DNA from: Antedon mediterranea
Lineage: Eukaryota > Animalia > Echinodermata
DNA: 64,000 nucleotides
Direction: 5' to 3'
NCBI RefSeq assembly: GCF_964355755.1
Contig: NC_092677.1
Span: 890,101-954,100 of the forward strand
This document shows, piece after piece, positions 51,456 to 63,500 of the stretch. Numbering within the stretch: position 1 is the first letter of the stretch; every line of letters begins with the position of its first letter. The translations under genes and the position numbers were made by a program. A model generated the notes under the pieces. The model saw only the letters and a program-made list of their open reading frames with translations, was not told the DNA's origin and ran no database searches.

Positions 51456-54400
51456 TTGTTTTGATTTTTAGGTGTACAATGGAATGGTTTCATCTCTTTA
51501 ATTAATAATGGGATCCGAATGTTTAGGCAGTCACTAATGCAGTCGTTCGCTCTTTAATAACATTTGTCTAAACGCGGCAAATTATTAAATTAATAATCAT
51601 ATTAATAGTTATTGTTAAAAAATAACAATCTTCTATAAATAGATCAATAAATATGCGTTTAATGAATCCTCAACTAACAAATTACCATGTAAATAATGTA
51701 CTAATATGTAAATTTACTGATTACCAAAATGTTGATGAACTACTGTATAGTATAAACAGCCTACTATATTTTGACAATTTTGTACCATTTGCAATAACCA
51801 ATGAAAGCTTATATAAATACCGGTACACATTTTATACAGATTTGTGTGTTTTCTTCAATTTGTTTGAAATAAAAGATTATTTTTAACAGTTATGGTGTGA
51901 TAATATTAGCTTTATCAGAAATATTATATCTATTGGAGCAAGTTTCACTGGTAACTGAGATAATTGATCAGATCAAATCACAGAGCAGAGAAGACAAAAA
52001 ATTGTTATTGTTATTATTATTCACACATGTAACTGGTCAGTAATCCATAAGATCAAATCACAGAGCAGAGGAGACAACAAATTGTTATTATTATTATTCA
52101 CACATGTAACCGGTTTTAGTGTAGTATATTATGGTGTTTAGAACTGAAATTACGGGAGAAAACATGTTTTGATGTCATCAAAATGAAACATAAAAGTATG
52201 TCCATTTTCGGGAAATAATTCATCTCAACGATAACATAATTAAATAATATAATATAAAAAATATAATGAAATTTGGCACGTACAACTGAGATGCGTAATA
52301 TGCCAAAAAACAAATAAAAATCCTACCTTTCCTATTACTGGCCATAACATGACCTCATAGCATAACCCGATAGCATGACCTCGCAGCATCCGATAGGAAA
52401 ACTTTTAAAAACGATTTTAATGAATTGTGCCTATTTTGTGTCATACGTCTAGTATATACTAATACATTGAAGCATAGAAAAAATTACGAGACCCATATTT
52501 TTAACATGATGACGTCATCAAAATAAAACATGAAGGTAACAATTTTAGAGAATAATTATCTAAATAATTATATTCTTAGAAGTTGAAGAAATTTGGGCAC
52601 GCTGGCAATTTTTAAGCCATCTTTTGAGTGACATAAATATGTGTACAGTGCTGACAGCAAATTACACAGAATACACTGTTACATGTTATATAATTTAATT
52701 ATCTAAATAATTACATTAATACAAATTTGAAGAAATTTGGGAACGTTAACCTGAGATGCGCTCTATAAACACAATTAATTTTTACGAAAGAGATGAAAAT
52801 CTGACTTTTTAAATTCAACTGACCATATGATGACGTCATGAAATCAGATAGACAAAATTTGTATATGACTTCATATCTACAATTCAACAATTACCATAAG
52901 TTTTGATCACGTGGGTCACTTTGTTAACTCATGTGTGAAAAAAATTGATTTGTCAAGAACATTAAAACGCATTAGCGCGATGCGCTCTATTAACTGGGAT
53001 TAACTAATACAAAATATAAAAAAATCTATTTTTAAAATTTGAGTGGCCAATATGGTGACGTCAGAACATCTTTTAGGTACAAATTGTACATTAATTGATA
53101 ACTACAACTCATTAGCTTCTATAATACATTTAAAAAAATGGTGTAACCTGCCATCCTGAGGAGCTAGAACTGAATCAAAATAGGTATATTTTTGAAAAAA
53201 ATTGTATTATATTACCCATTCTTTAGCAAACGATTTCTAAAGTTTAACATGCACGTGCATCGTTAATTTGCAATAAAAATTCATGAAAATGAATGAAATC
53301 GTGAACGTAGGCCTATGACCAACAAAAATCAATTGCAAAACACATTTTTCTACGCTTTGTACGAGCTGTGCGCACAAGTGCGTGCGCAAAACGCAAACAA
53401 TTTAGACAGTTTTGAAATGCTCAAATGACCTGACATGTACGCAAATTAAATAGAAATTAATTTGGCGTATTTTTAAATTTCACTCGTAAAAAATAAACAA
53501 ATTTGATTCAGGTTTTCCGCAGCGCAAACACCACATGCACGTCATACGTTAGAATATTGCACAGAGAAAAAACGATTATGCCATTGAAAAAAATGTTAGT
53601 GTGCCCTCTATTTTGTGTCACGTCTAAGTATATACGGTATACACTATATACTGTATACGTACTACATACAGTGCAGAAAAGGTGAAAAGAAGTGACCAAA
53701 GTTATTTACGCTTTTGAACATGATGACGTCATAACAATTTTAAAAATGGTAAATCATGCGAAAGATAATTGATTGACCTAGACAAAATAAAAAAAATGAG
53801 GGAAATGGAATACGGATAAGTGGAGATGCGCTCTATTAAATGTGATGAGCTATGACGAAAGAGACAAAAATCCTATATTTGATATTCGAGTGGCCATACG
53901 ATAACGTCACAATGTCCGGTTAGCCATATCGATGCATGATTTGATATTTACAACTCATCTACTTCCAGAATCTGAAATTTTAAAAATTTTCACCTCGGAG
54001 TTTAGAATCTATGACTTTTTAAAAAAAGGCATAATTTTCACGAATTTTTGAACTTTTTCAACAAAAACGCGCGAAAATTGTTCAATTCTACGTGCTCGTA
54101 TGACGTGATTTTAAGTTGAAATTGTTTGAAAGTTTGTAAAATTACTAGAAAAGGCTGAAAAAACAAAAATCAAGCAAAAAAAACATGTTTTTGCCTTACG
54201 TGCGCACGCGCGCGTAAAAAAATTGCGCACGCGTGGGAATTTTTGAAATGCTCAAAATGACATGAAACGCGTAGAAAGTTGATTAGAAATGGATATTTCG
54301 CAATTTGAAATTTTAAACGCGCGTGCGCGCGTAACTTTATGTCAAACATGCCATTTTTAATCCATAGAAAGTTTGCGCATGATATAACTTAAATTTTCAC

Positions 54401-54658
54401 GAAGTTTCAATAGAAAATGACTTTTGGTTTTCAATCTATGATCAATCATTGAAATTCATAAAATCGCGCGTAACTTACGCTGCGCGACTCCAAATTCATA
54501 AAAAAAAGTTTCTTGCACATCTACAGCTACAGGGCAATCTTATGACAAAGTTATAGAATCTTATGTTGACTAGAATTAGAGATACGCTGCGAACAAAAAT
54601 CGTGGAAAGAAAGAAGAAAATAGAAAAAAAAAGAGAAAAAAAATAAAAAAAATAAAAA

Positions 54659-54882
54659 AGATCCTGACAATAACAAGGGGTTATCCGCCAAGTGCGGATA
54701 ACCAAAAAAAAAAAAAAAAAAAAAAAAGATCCTGACAATAACAAGAGGTTATCCGCCAAGTGCGGATAACCAAAAAAAAAAGATCCTGACAATAACAAGA
54801 GGTTATCCGCCAAGTGCGGATAACCAAAAAAAAAAAAAGATCCTGACAATAACAAGGGGTTATCCGCCAAGTGCGGATAACC
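54659..54882. repeat. Stack of four Helentron right termini separated by A-runs
   Basis: Terminal palindromes end at 54703, 54771, 54825 and 54882. Confidence 0.93.
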
Positions 54883-55057
54883 AACTAGATCTAAACTCGT
54901 CACTTGAGGACGAGTTTGGTTATCCGCCCGCAACAAAACGTATCTTGCGTATTCAAGTACTTCTAAGTTATGACTTTTCCCAAAAAAAGTAGGCTATTCA
55001 AAATTAAAACTGCCCCTTCAGTGTAATAACCAAATAAACCCTTTTAATTAATTGTTT

Positions 55058-55129
55058 CCCCGTGACGGGACTCGAACCCGGTACCTCTTATACCAAAGTC
55101 GGTTGCACTACACATCGAGCCATATGAGC
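55058..55129 (-). pseudogene. tRNA-derived (tRNA-Pro TGG-like) segment with Pol III A/B boxes inside a non-autonomous Helentron
   Basis: Minus strand GCTCATATGGCTCGATGTGTAGTGCAACCGACTTTGGTATAAGAGGTACCGGGTTCGAGTCCCG: A-box-like TGGCTCGATGTG, T-arm CGGG-TTCGAGT-CCCG; acceptor and anticodon stems pair poorly. Confidence 0.65.
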
Positions 55130-56625
55130 ACCTGCTGAAGAAAATCTGAAGAAAGAGTACTCGTTCATTCGGTATGTCGTGAACCCCGTCGATGCAAGTT
55201 GATTATTACATATCGAACTTAAATCATAATTTTTACTATGATGAAATCTTCACAAATTTTAAACAGTGACATATTATGAAAGTGCATACTTTCAAGTTTT
55301 ATATATTAACATGTAAAGAAAAAAGATAAACGTTATGTTTATTGTTTTACTCTTTGAATATGTTTATGTTTGTTTGATGATAATTTTTTTCAAAAATTAC
55401 ATTTAATATGCAAATAATGTAGCCATCAAACACTTTTTAACATTCAAGACTATAATAAATTAGACCTATGATTAATACACTACAAGAAAATAAAATAAAA
55501 AATGGGGGTAACCTAGCATTCTGATGAACTGTTTCGTTTTTAAAAGTAGACATATTTTGGAACATTTTCACAATTTGTTGACGTTTTCGTGCGCAACCTG
55601 TCATGTTTAACGTGCTCGTAGAACGCCATTTCAAGTTGAAAAGTGAATAAAATAACGTAAAATTGTTAACCGAAGATTTAAAAACACAAATCGTGTAAAA
55701 GAAATGCTCATACCTATTCCCTGCGCCGTGCGCGCGTAAAAATGTGCGCACCAGTGGTAATTTTTTAAACGCTTAAAATGACCTGAATCGTGCTCTAATT
55801 TAATCAGAAATTGATTTGAAGCATTTTAAAATTTCAAACGCCATTTACGCGCGCACTTTCTAATGTTACAAATTGCGGTAGCGTTAAAAAAAGTTAACTA
55901 TTGATGTGAAGCAAATGTGGCTGAAAATGACGTTAAAAATATTCATTTGTTTCGAAGTTATAACCGATTTAAGATTTTCAGAAAATCACGCGTAACTTAC
56001 GCTACGCGGCTCTGACATCGTAAAAAAGCTTGGCCGGACAACTTCAGTAAAATGTCTAAATGCTGAACAAGTTACAACATATTATGTTTACACGTTGAAG
56101 AGAAACAGCGTGCACAAAATAAGAAGAGTAAAATATTTCAAACGCAATTTACGCGAAAACTTTCTAGTCTCCAAAAATTTGTTAAACATTCCAAAAGTTA
56201 GCCATTGATCTGAAGAAAACGTGGCTGAAAATTTCGTTAAAAAATATTTATCGGTTTCGAAGTTATGACCGATTTAAGATTTTCAGAAAATCGCGCGTGA
56301 CTTACGCTACGCGGATCTGACAGCGTCCAAAAGCTTGGCAGAACATCTTCAGTTAAATGTCTAAATGTTGACCAAGTTACAACATGTTATATTAATACGT
56401 TGAAGAGAAAACGCGTGCACAAAATCTGAGAAAGAAAGAAGAATAATAAAACTAGAACTTAAACTCGTCACTTGAGGACGAGTTTGGTTATCCGCCCGCC
56501 ACAAAACGTATCTTGCGTATTCAAGTACTTCTCAGTTATGACTTTTCCAAAAAAAGTAGCCTATTCAAAAGTAAAACTGCCCGTTCGGTGTAATAACCAT
56601 TTAAATCCTGTTATTTAATTACTTT

Positions 56626-56696
56626 CCCGTGATGGGATTCGATCCCGGTACCTCTGATACCAAAGCCGGTGGCACTACACATCGAGCCATATGAGC
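56626..56696 (-). pseudogene. Second tRNA-derived segment
   Basis: Homolog of 55058-55129 with B box mutated to GGATCGAATCCC. Confidence 0.55.
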
Positions 56697-57836
56697 ACCT
56701 GCTGAAGAGAATCCGAAGAAAGTTAACTCGTCCATTCGGTATGTCGTGAACCACTCGATGCAGATAGATTATTACTTACCAAACTAAATCATAATTTTCA
56801 CTATGATGAAATCTTCACAAATTTTAACCAGTGACATATTATGAAAGTGCATACTTTTAAGTTTTATATATTAACATGTGAAGAAAAAAGATAAACGTTA
56901 TGTTTATTGTTTTGCTCTTTGAATATGTTATTGTTTGTTTGATGATAAAAATTTCGAAAATTATATTTAATATGCAAATAATGTAGCCATCAAACACGTT
57001 TTAACATTCAACACTATAATAAATCAGACCTATGATTCATACACTGCAATAAAATAAAATAAAAAATAGGGGTAACCTTGCATTCTGATGAACTGTATCA
57101 TTTTTAAAAGTATACATATTTTGCAACATTTTCACAATTTGTGAACATTTTACGTGCGCAACCAGTCATGTTTAACGTGCTCGTAGAACGCCATTTGAAG
57201 TTGAAAAGTGAATGAAATAACGTAAAATTGTTAACCGAAGATTGAAAAACACAAATCGTGCAAAAGAAATGCTCATACGTGTTTCCTGCACCGTGCGCGC
57301 GTAAAAATGTGCGCACCTGGTGGCAATTTTTTAAACGCTTAAAATGACCTGAATCGTGCTCTAATTTAATCAGAAATTGATTTGGAGCATTTTAAAATTT
57401 CAAACGCCGTTTACTCGCGCACTTTCCAATGTTACAAATTTCGGTAGCGATAAAAAAGTTAGCAATTGATGTGAAGCAAACGTGGCTCAAAATTACGTTA
57501 AAAAATATTCATCTGTTTCGAAGTTATGATCAACTTAGGATTTTCTGAAAATCGCGCGTGACTTACGCTACGCGGCTCTGCCAGCGTCCAAAAGCTTGGC
57601 TGCACATCTTCAGCTAAATGTCTAAATGTTTACCAAGTTACAACATGTTATGTTAACAGGTTGCAGAGAAAAGCTGAACACAAAAATCGGCGGAAATAGA
57701 GAAGAATAATAAAAAAAAAGTAACACTACAATTCCAAGGGCTTATCCGCTTGAGGCGGATAACCAAAAAAAAAAAAAAAAAGGTAACACTACAATAACAA
57801 GGGCTTATCCGCTTGAGGCGGATAACCAATAAATAA

Positions 57837-57884
57837 AGATTTTGACAGAATCAAGAGGTTATATGCATATCATGCATATAACCT
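57837..57884. mobile_element. Orphan right terminus of a fourth Helentron family
   Basis: agattttgacagaatcaag-AGGTTATATGCAT-ATC-ATGCATATAACCT aligns with agatcctgacaataacaagaggttatccgc..gcggataacc; perfect 13-bp stem at 57856-57884. Confidence 0.8.
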
Positions 57885-58566
57885 AATAAATGTTATCAAT
57901 TATTGAAGCACAATTATCGGATATTCTAGTAGAACTTTTTATGATTGGCTGAAATGACTGAGAAAATATTGTGTCTAAGTGTGATTGGATAGTGTTGTCA
58001 GTAGATTGTTGGAGTAAGTTTGTGTTATCGTCTCCCACAAGGTAAGCTTTCTTTTTTTCTAGATTAATCATTTGCATTACACATGTTAATTCATCATCAA
58101 ACTTTTGCAAGGAACGTGAGGGTGGTCTATAAACTATTCCACAAATAACATTATTTCCTGATTCTAACTCAATCTCAATAAAAATAGTCTCTGCTTCAGT
58201 CATACAAGATGACAGATCATTTCTAATAATATATGTTAGTTTGTTGGTAACATAGAACGCTACCCCACCACCTCTCTTATCCTTCCTATCATTGTGAATC
58301 AAACTGTAGCCTGGTAACTGGTATAGATTAATATTATCTTTTTCGGTTAACCAGGTTTCACTGAAGGCAATGACGGAGAAGGCATGTACGAGTGAGTCTA
58401 AATAGTTTGAGATTAAGTCAAACTTATTAGCAACACTACGACAGTTTAGTCCAAATATAGAAAAATTTGATGATAAATTAGAATGTTCAAGTGAAGAAAT
58501 TAAGTTATCTTCGTTAAAATATTCTGTGCTCACATTTACATTATCAGAAAGGTCACATTCAAACAT
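57883..58566 (-). pseudogene. LINE (CR1/L2-like) ORF2 fragment, APE endonuclease domain, interrupted
   Basis: LNCRS, FSETWL, GGGVAFYV, VYRPP, GDDN (degenerate GDxN), TRI..IIDNIY; the frame ends exactly at the Helentron terminus. Confidence 0.85.
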
Positions 58567-58662
58567 TTAAATTAGACAGAAAAGGAAATGACAAATAAAT
58601 AAAATTGTTTTATACCGACCGACATATTGACATACCGATATTCATTTTGGTATACTTGTTAA

Positions 58663-61600
58663 AGGACAACTTGACCGAGGACTATATTTTAACAACGTAT
58701 TAGGGATGTACACATGATTTCAGAACAATCGCGAGATTAAGGATATCACCACACACACGCTCGCCGTACAGCCGTCGGGGCGTCGCCGACAATTGCTGTG
58801 ACGTCAATGGTTCATCTAACTGAATATCTAGGCCTACTATGAGTTTGTTAACATACAAGAGACAGGTACCGTGTTGAACCCACAAATGTAAAAACGCCCA
58901 CAAATGTGAAAACAACCACAAATGTGAAAACGCATCACCCACAAATGTGAAAACAACCACAAATGTGAAAACGCATCACCCACAAATGTGAAAACAACCA
59001 CAAATGTGAAAACGCATCAACCACAAATGTAATAAACAGCGCCCACAAATGTGAAAACGATCATCGCCCACAAATGTGATAACGCCCACAAATGTAAAAA
59101 AAAATGAGAATTTTTCGGCCACAAATTTAAAAAAAAAAATCAGATCAAATTTAATGCTAGATTCAGACAAACATTATGTCATGATTGTATTGAGTTGTTT
59201 GTTCACGATACGTCTGTTAGGGTCGTCGTTAACACGTTGGATTATTATAATTTGCTGCTCATGCGCGCGATATTTGCACGTTAACTCGTTTGTTTAATGA
59301 ACGTAATAGTTCAAGACAATATTTGTTATTTGCTGCGCAAGGTCAAGGCCATGTTATATCATTGTTGCTTCTAGTGTGTGGTTGTTGGCTTACTATTATT
59401 TATGTACGTATAGTTATAAGTCGATGTTCGATGTTTTTTTGCGCGTGCACACGATACTAAAAGGTCAAGGTTAAATTGCTACTTGTATGTAGTTATGTGG
59501 TTATTAACTCGTTGGCTTACTGTTATGTACGTATAGTTCAAGTCGATGTTCGATTCGATGTTTTTTGTGCGCGTGCACGATACTACAAAGGTCATGACTT
59601 GTATACCATTGCTACTTGTGGTGTGTGGTTGTTAACTCGTTGGCTTACTGATATGTACGTATAGTTTCAAGTCGAAGTTCGATGTTTTGCGCGCGTGCAC
59701 AATACTACAAGGTCAAGGTTATACAGTGTCGGTGGATGATGTATAACGAAAGTTCTGTGAAATTAGACATTTTGTTGGTAGACAATAATGACAATGTTGT
59801 AGTTTGTGTTTTTTTTTATTATATTGTGTGCAGTATTAAATTTAAAAGAAGAAGAAGCTGTAAAATCCACAAATTATTATTATTATTTCTATTGTCTATA
59901 ATCTAATGTCTGTACACACACAGTAGGGATTCCCCAGCAAGATGTCTAAGGCAAGACATCCCGACATTTCCACCCCTTGATGTTTTATGCTTGAAATAGA
60001 AATTGACACCATTATCAATTCAATGCTTTTATGTGTTTAATTAATTTATATCAGAACTACCTTTTAATTACACATAAACATAAAGATTTAAATAAATTAT
60101 TTAACAAAATTAAAGATATACTGTATGTGGTGTGTATATATAAATAACAAGGCACATAATAAATTCCAATTTATTTTAATGTATTTAGGTGACTAATTGG
60201 GTCGAGCTCTGGTCTTGCTTGGTCTTCCTTTCGTTCACTTTTACCTTTGTTATAAAAAATACATAGACAAACTAAGGTATTTATATCAATTGTGTATGTA
60301 TTTTTGTGGTTTAACATAAAGTAATAATTTTCCAGTTGATAAATAAATCTGTTTACGGCGGCGTTTTTTGTAAGAAATAGTTCTTGTTTAAACCTAAATC
60401 TAAACCTAAACTTCTGTAAAATTATGGTGTTTAATAATATAAATTAACATCAATTTTAAAACTGTAGTGATTACCGACGAAACTGTAAACATGAAACTGT
60501 GTTGGAAGTTTACAGAAAGGTGAGGATGTGATTGCAAAAAAAATACATATTATTAAACTATATCGGATAGGAATAAACAGAAATTAAGGTACAGTAGCTA
60601 CTATTTGTGTGTAAATCCGCCTATTGCTCAATATATTTGTGTTGAAAAAAATATTTAAAAGTACAAATCTATCATTATCATAAATTAGTATTATTTTGCT
60701 TAATTGTATATTCTTCATCATTTTAAGAAATGGAAAATTTTTAATATTTATTATCTACATAACTTGCAAGTTATATCTATTATTTATAAATATGGGACTA
60801 ATATTATTACCAATCTCCGTGTCAAATATTGAGATAGTTAAGTTGGAGCAGGTGTGTATAGCCTTTCAACATCGCGCTTAAAGTTAAATTTTAATGCATT
60901 CAATAGGTAATATTATTCTCCGTATATCTTTATAATTATCCGCTAAAAATAGATTTACAAATTAAACAATAAGCATCAGATTAAATCACGAATGTAAATA
61001 GTAGTATAGTAGGAAGTTTTGTCCATTAGTATAATTGTTATAGATTTCATAGTATGTTTTATAGAATACATGTTCGTGACAAGTTTGATACTATCGTATC
61101 GTGTATTATGTTTGGTTGGATATTGGTGTTACGGTATTATTCTATGTTACAATTTGTTTATCGCTCTAAAATAAAGAAATATTCTTGTATTAGTTGTTCT
61201 TGCTCTAGCTGTTGTATTATTATCTTGTGGTTACAGTTTTGTAAAAAAATTGAACATTAGGAACTACTGCAATAACTGAACGACGAGTATAGCATTGATC
61301 TTGTAGTATCGTGTACACCGAGCATCGACTTGGAGCTATAATACGTACATAATACTAATATAGTAAGCCCAACTGCACTTCAAGCAGCAATGCACGCGCA
61401 CAAAAAACATCGAATCGACCATCGACTTGGAACTATACGTACATAACAATAAGCCAACGAGTTAACAACCACAAGTAGCAATAGATATGACCTTGACCTT
61501 GAGGTATCGTGTACGCGCCCAAAAACATCGAATCGAGCATCGACTTGGAACTATACGTACATAACAGTAAGCCAACGAGTTAATAACCACACACTACATA

Positions 61601-62475
61601 CAAGTAGCAATTTAACCTTGACCTTGTTGTATCGTGTGCGCGCGCAAAAAAAATAACGAACATCGACTTATAACTATACGTACATAATAGTAAGCCAACA
61701 ACCACACACTAGAAGCAACAATGATATAACATGGTCTTGACCTTGAAGTATGGTGCACGCGCGCAGCAAATAACAAATATTGTCTTGAACTATTACGTTC
61801 ATTAAACAAACGAGTTAACGTGCAAATATCACGCGCACGAGCAGCAAATGATAATAATCCAACGTGTTAACGACGACCCTAACAGACGTATCGTGAACAA
61901 ACAACTCAATACAATCATGATATTGTCTGAATCTAGCATTAAATTTGATCTGATTTTTTTTACATTTGTGGGCGAAAAAGTCTCTCTTTTTTTTACATTT
62001 GTGGGCGTTATCACATTTGTGGGCGATGATCGTTTTCACATTTGTGGGCGCTGTTTTCACATTTGTGGTTGATGCGTTTTCACATTTGTGGTTGTTTTCA
62101 CATTTGTGGGTGATGCGTTTTCACATTTGTGGTTGTTTTCACATTTGTGGGTGATGCGTTTTCACATTTGTGGTTGTTTTCACATTTGTGGGCATTTTCA
62201 CATTTGTGGGTTCAACATACCGTCACATCAATTGCTAATTTGACCTGTATTAGGCTTAAATTTGCAAAAATGTTTAGTCTGGTATTTTGAAGAAACACTT
62301 CACAACACAATATCCAGATAGGCAAAAGAAAGAAGAAAAAAATTCAACATTTCATATTTTTTACGATTTATTTAAAAAATGTGTTTACTAGAAATGTTCG
62401 CGCTTGTTCTGAAATCATATGTAGGCCTACATCCCAAATACGTTGTTAAAATATGGTCCTCGGTCAAGTTCTCCT
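58663..62475. mobile_element. TTAA-flanked MITE (Kolobok-like), about 460 bp without its insert
   Basis: TTAA|AGGACAACTTGACCGAGGACTATATTTTAACAACGTATT on the left and AATACGTTGTTAAAATATGGTCCTCGGTCAAGTTCTCCT|TTAA on the right; ~70-bp imperfect TIRs. TTAA target duplication with AGG termini fits Kolobok. Confidence 0.8.
58872..62217. mobile_element. Non-autonomous foldback-type DNA transposon with TGTTG..CAACA ends, 5-bp TSD and ~850-900-bp TIRs
   Basis: TACCG|TGTTGAACCCACAAATG ... CATTTGTGGGTTCAACA|TACCG; TIRs contain CCACAAATGTGAAAA repeats; no coding ORF inside. Confidence 0.9.
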
Positions 62476-62485
62476 TTAATTAATT

Positions 62486-62765
62486 GAGAACAGTATTAAA
62501 CTGGATCGTACATTAATGTTATTGTATATTAAGTTTATCCTATTCTTTATCAGTGTGTTCAAGTATACCAAAATGACTATAGTCGAGAACAGTGTTAAAC
62601 GGAATCGTACATTGATGTTATTTGTTGTATAATATATTGTTAAGTTTATCCTATTCTTTATCACTGTGCTCAAGTATACCAAAATGACTATAGTTGAGAA
62701 CATTGTTAAACTGGATCGTAGCCTAAATTAATGTTATTTGTTGTATATTGTTATGTTTATCCTTT
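62486..62765. repeat. ~100-110-bp tandem repeat, about 2.7 copies
   Basis: gagaaca.t.ttaaac.ggatcgtac..caagtataccaaaatgactatagt recurs near 62486, 62585 and 62696. Confidence 0.8.
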
Positions 62766-63095
62766 GCTTTACTGTGCTTTGATTTGGTTGCCCCGCCCCC
62801 ATATGCTGCCTACTAAATTAGGATTCCCTAGCTTTTCTATAAAAATTGAAGTACCCACAATGCACGTTATACGGAAGTCATAGTCTTGTAAAATACAGAC
62901 ACAATAGTTTTTATCGTATTGTTTTTATTTAAATATCAGTAAGATTGTCTTGTAATTGTAAATAACTAAAATGAGCGAATGTATACAAGTGTTCATAAAT
63001 TATGGAAAGCCAAACCCGCCAAAAATACATAATACATACCATCCACCAATAATTAATTCGTACAAAATTCAAACCATCCAATATTATCTCATGCA

Positions 63096-63500
63096 CAGGC
63101 CCGTATGCAGCATTTATAATGGGGGGGGGTGCGAGCGAAGCGAGCAACAATGGCTGGGGGCCAGGGGGCCGCCAAGGGCCCCCGGTCAGGGTCCAGGGGC
63201 CGAAGGCCCTGAAAAAATTGGCGTTATTTGACATTCTAAAGACTGATGTAAGACTCTCTGTTGTGGCTTGGGCTAGTTGAACGATGGACACCAGAACTTA
63301 ACGCTTTCATGATGAGGCCAACTCAGCAGGGGTGGCGCCAGGATCTTCCCGACGCGGGGGCTACATTCCCCGACGAGGGGGCTATGCGAGCGAAGCGAGC
63401 ATCACTAGGCTGAGGGCCAGGGGCCGCCAAGGGCTCCCGGTAGGGGTCCAGGGGGCGAAGCCCCCGGAAGCAACGCGTTCTAGCGTCATTTGAGGTCTTT
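63096..63500. mobile_element. Probable left ends of two GC-rich MITE-like elements
   Basis: CAGGCCCGTA (63096) and CAGGGGTGGCGCCAGG (63327), each followed by GCGAGCGAAGCGAGC..GGGCCAGGGGGCCGCCAAGGGC..GGGTCCAGGGG; partner ends not seen in the window. Confidence 0.5.

Larger units (their letters stand above)
33752..54703 (+). mobile_element. Complete autonomous Helentron, copy 2 (~20.95 kb)
   Basis: Left end CTAGATTTG-AACTCGTC-ACTGCG-GACGAGTT-AGGTTATCCGC at 33752; right palindrome ends at 54703; asymmetric subterminal inverted repeat GGTTATCCGC/GCGGATAACC; intact 3144-aa ORF. Strand given is the ORF strand. Confidence 0.93.
54885..57827. mobile_element. Two nested non-autonomous Helentron units of a third family (outer 54885-56451 plus 57765-57827; inner 56452-57764)
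   Basis: Left ends CTAG..AAACTCGTC-ACTTGAG-GACGAGTTT-GGTTATCCGC at 54885 and 56452. Two right ends TTATCCGC-TTGAG-GCGGATAACC end at 57764 and 57827. The outer unit has an internal ~300-bp duplication (~55830-56425). Confidence 0.88.

Noticed and set aside
1-54703. A single 43-kb segmental tandem duplication
   Set aside because: Identity covers only the element. Sequence after the terminal stacks differs (11841 versus 54885), as does the number of stacked ends.
55058-55129. Functional tRNA gene
   Set aside because: Acceptor and anticodon stems do not pair well; recorded as tRNA-derived only.
58642-58658. 17-bp inverted match (tcattttggtatacttg) to the repeats near 62560 and 62671, suggesting a further enclosing element
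   Set aside because: Too short, with no definable termini or target duplication.
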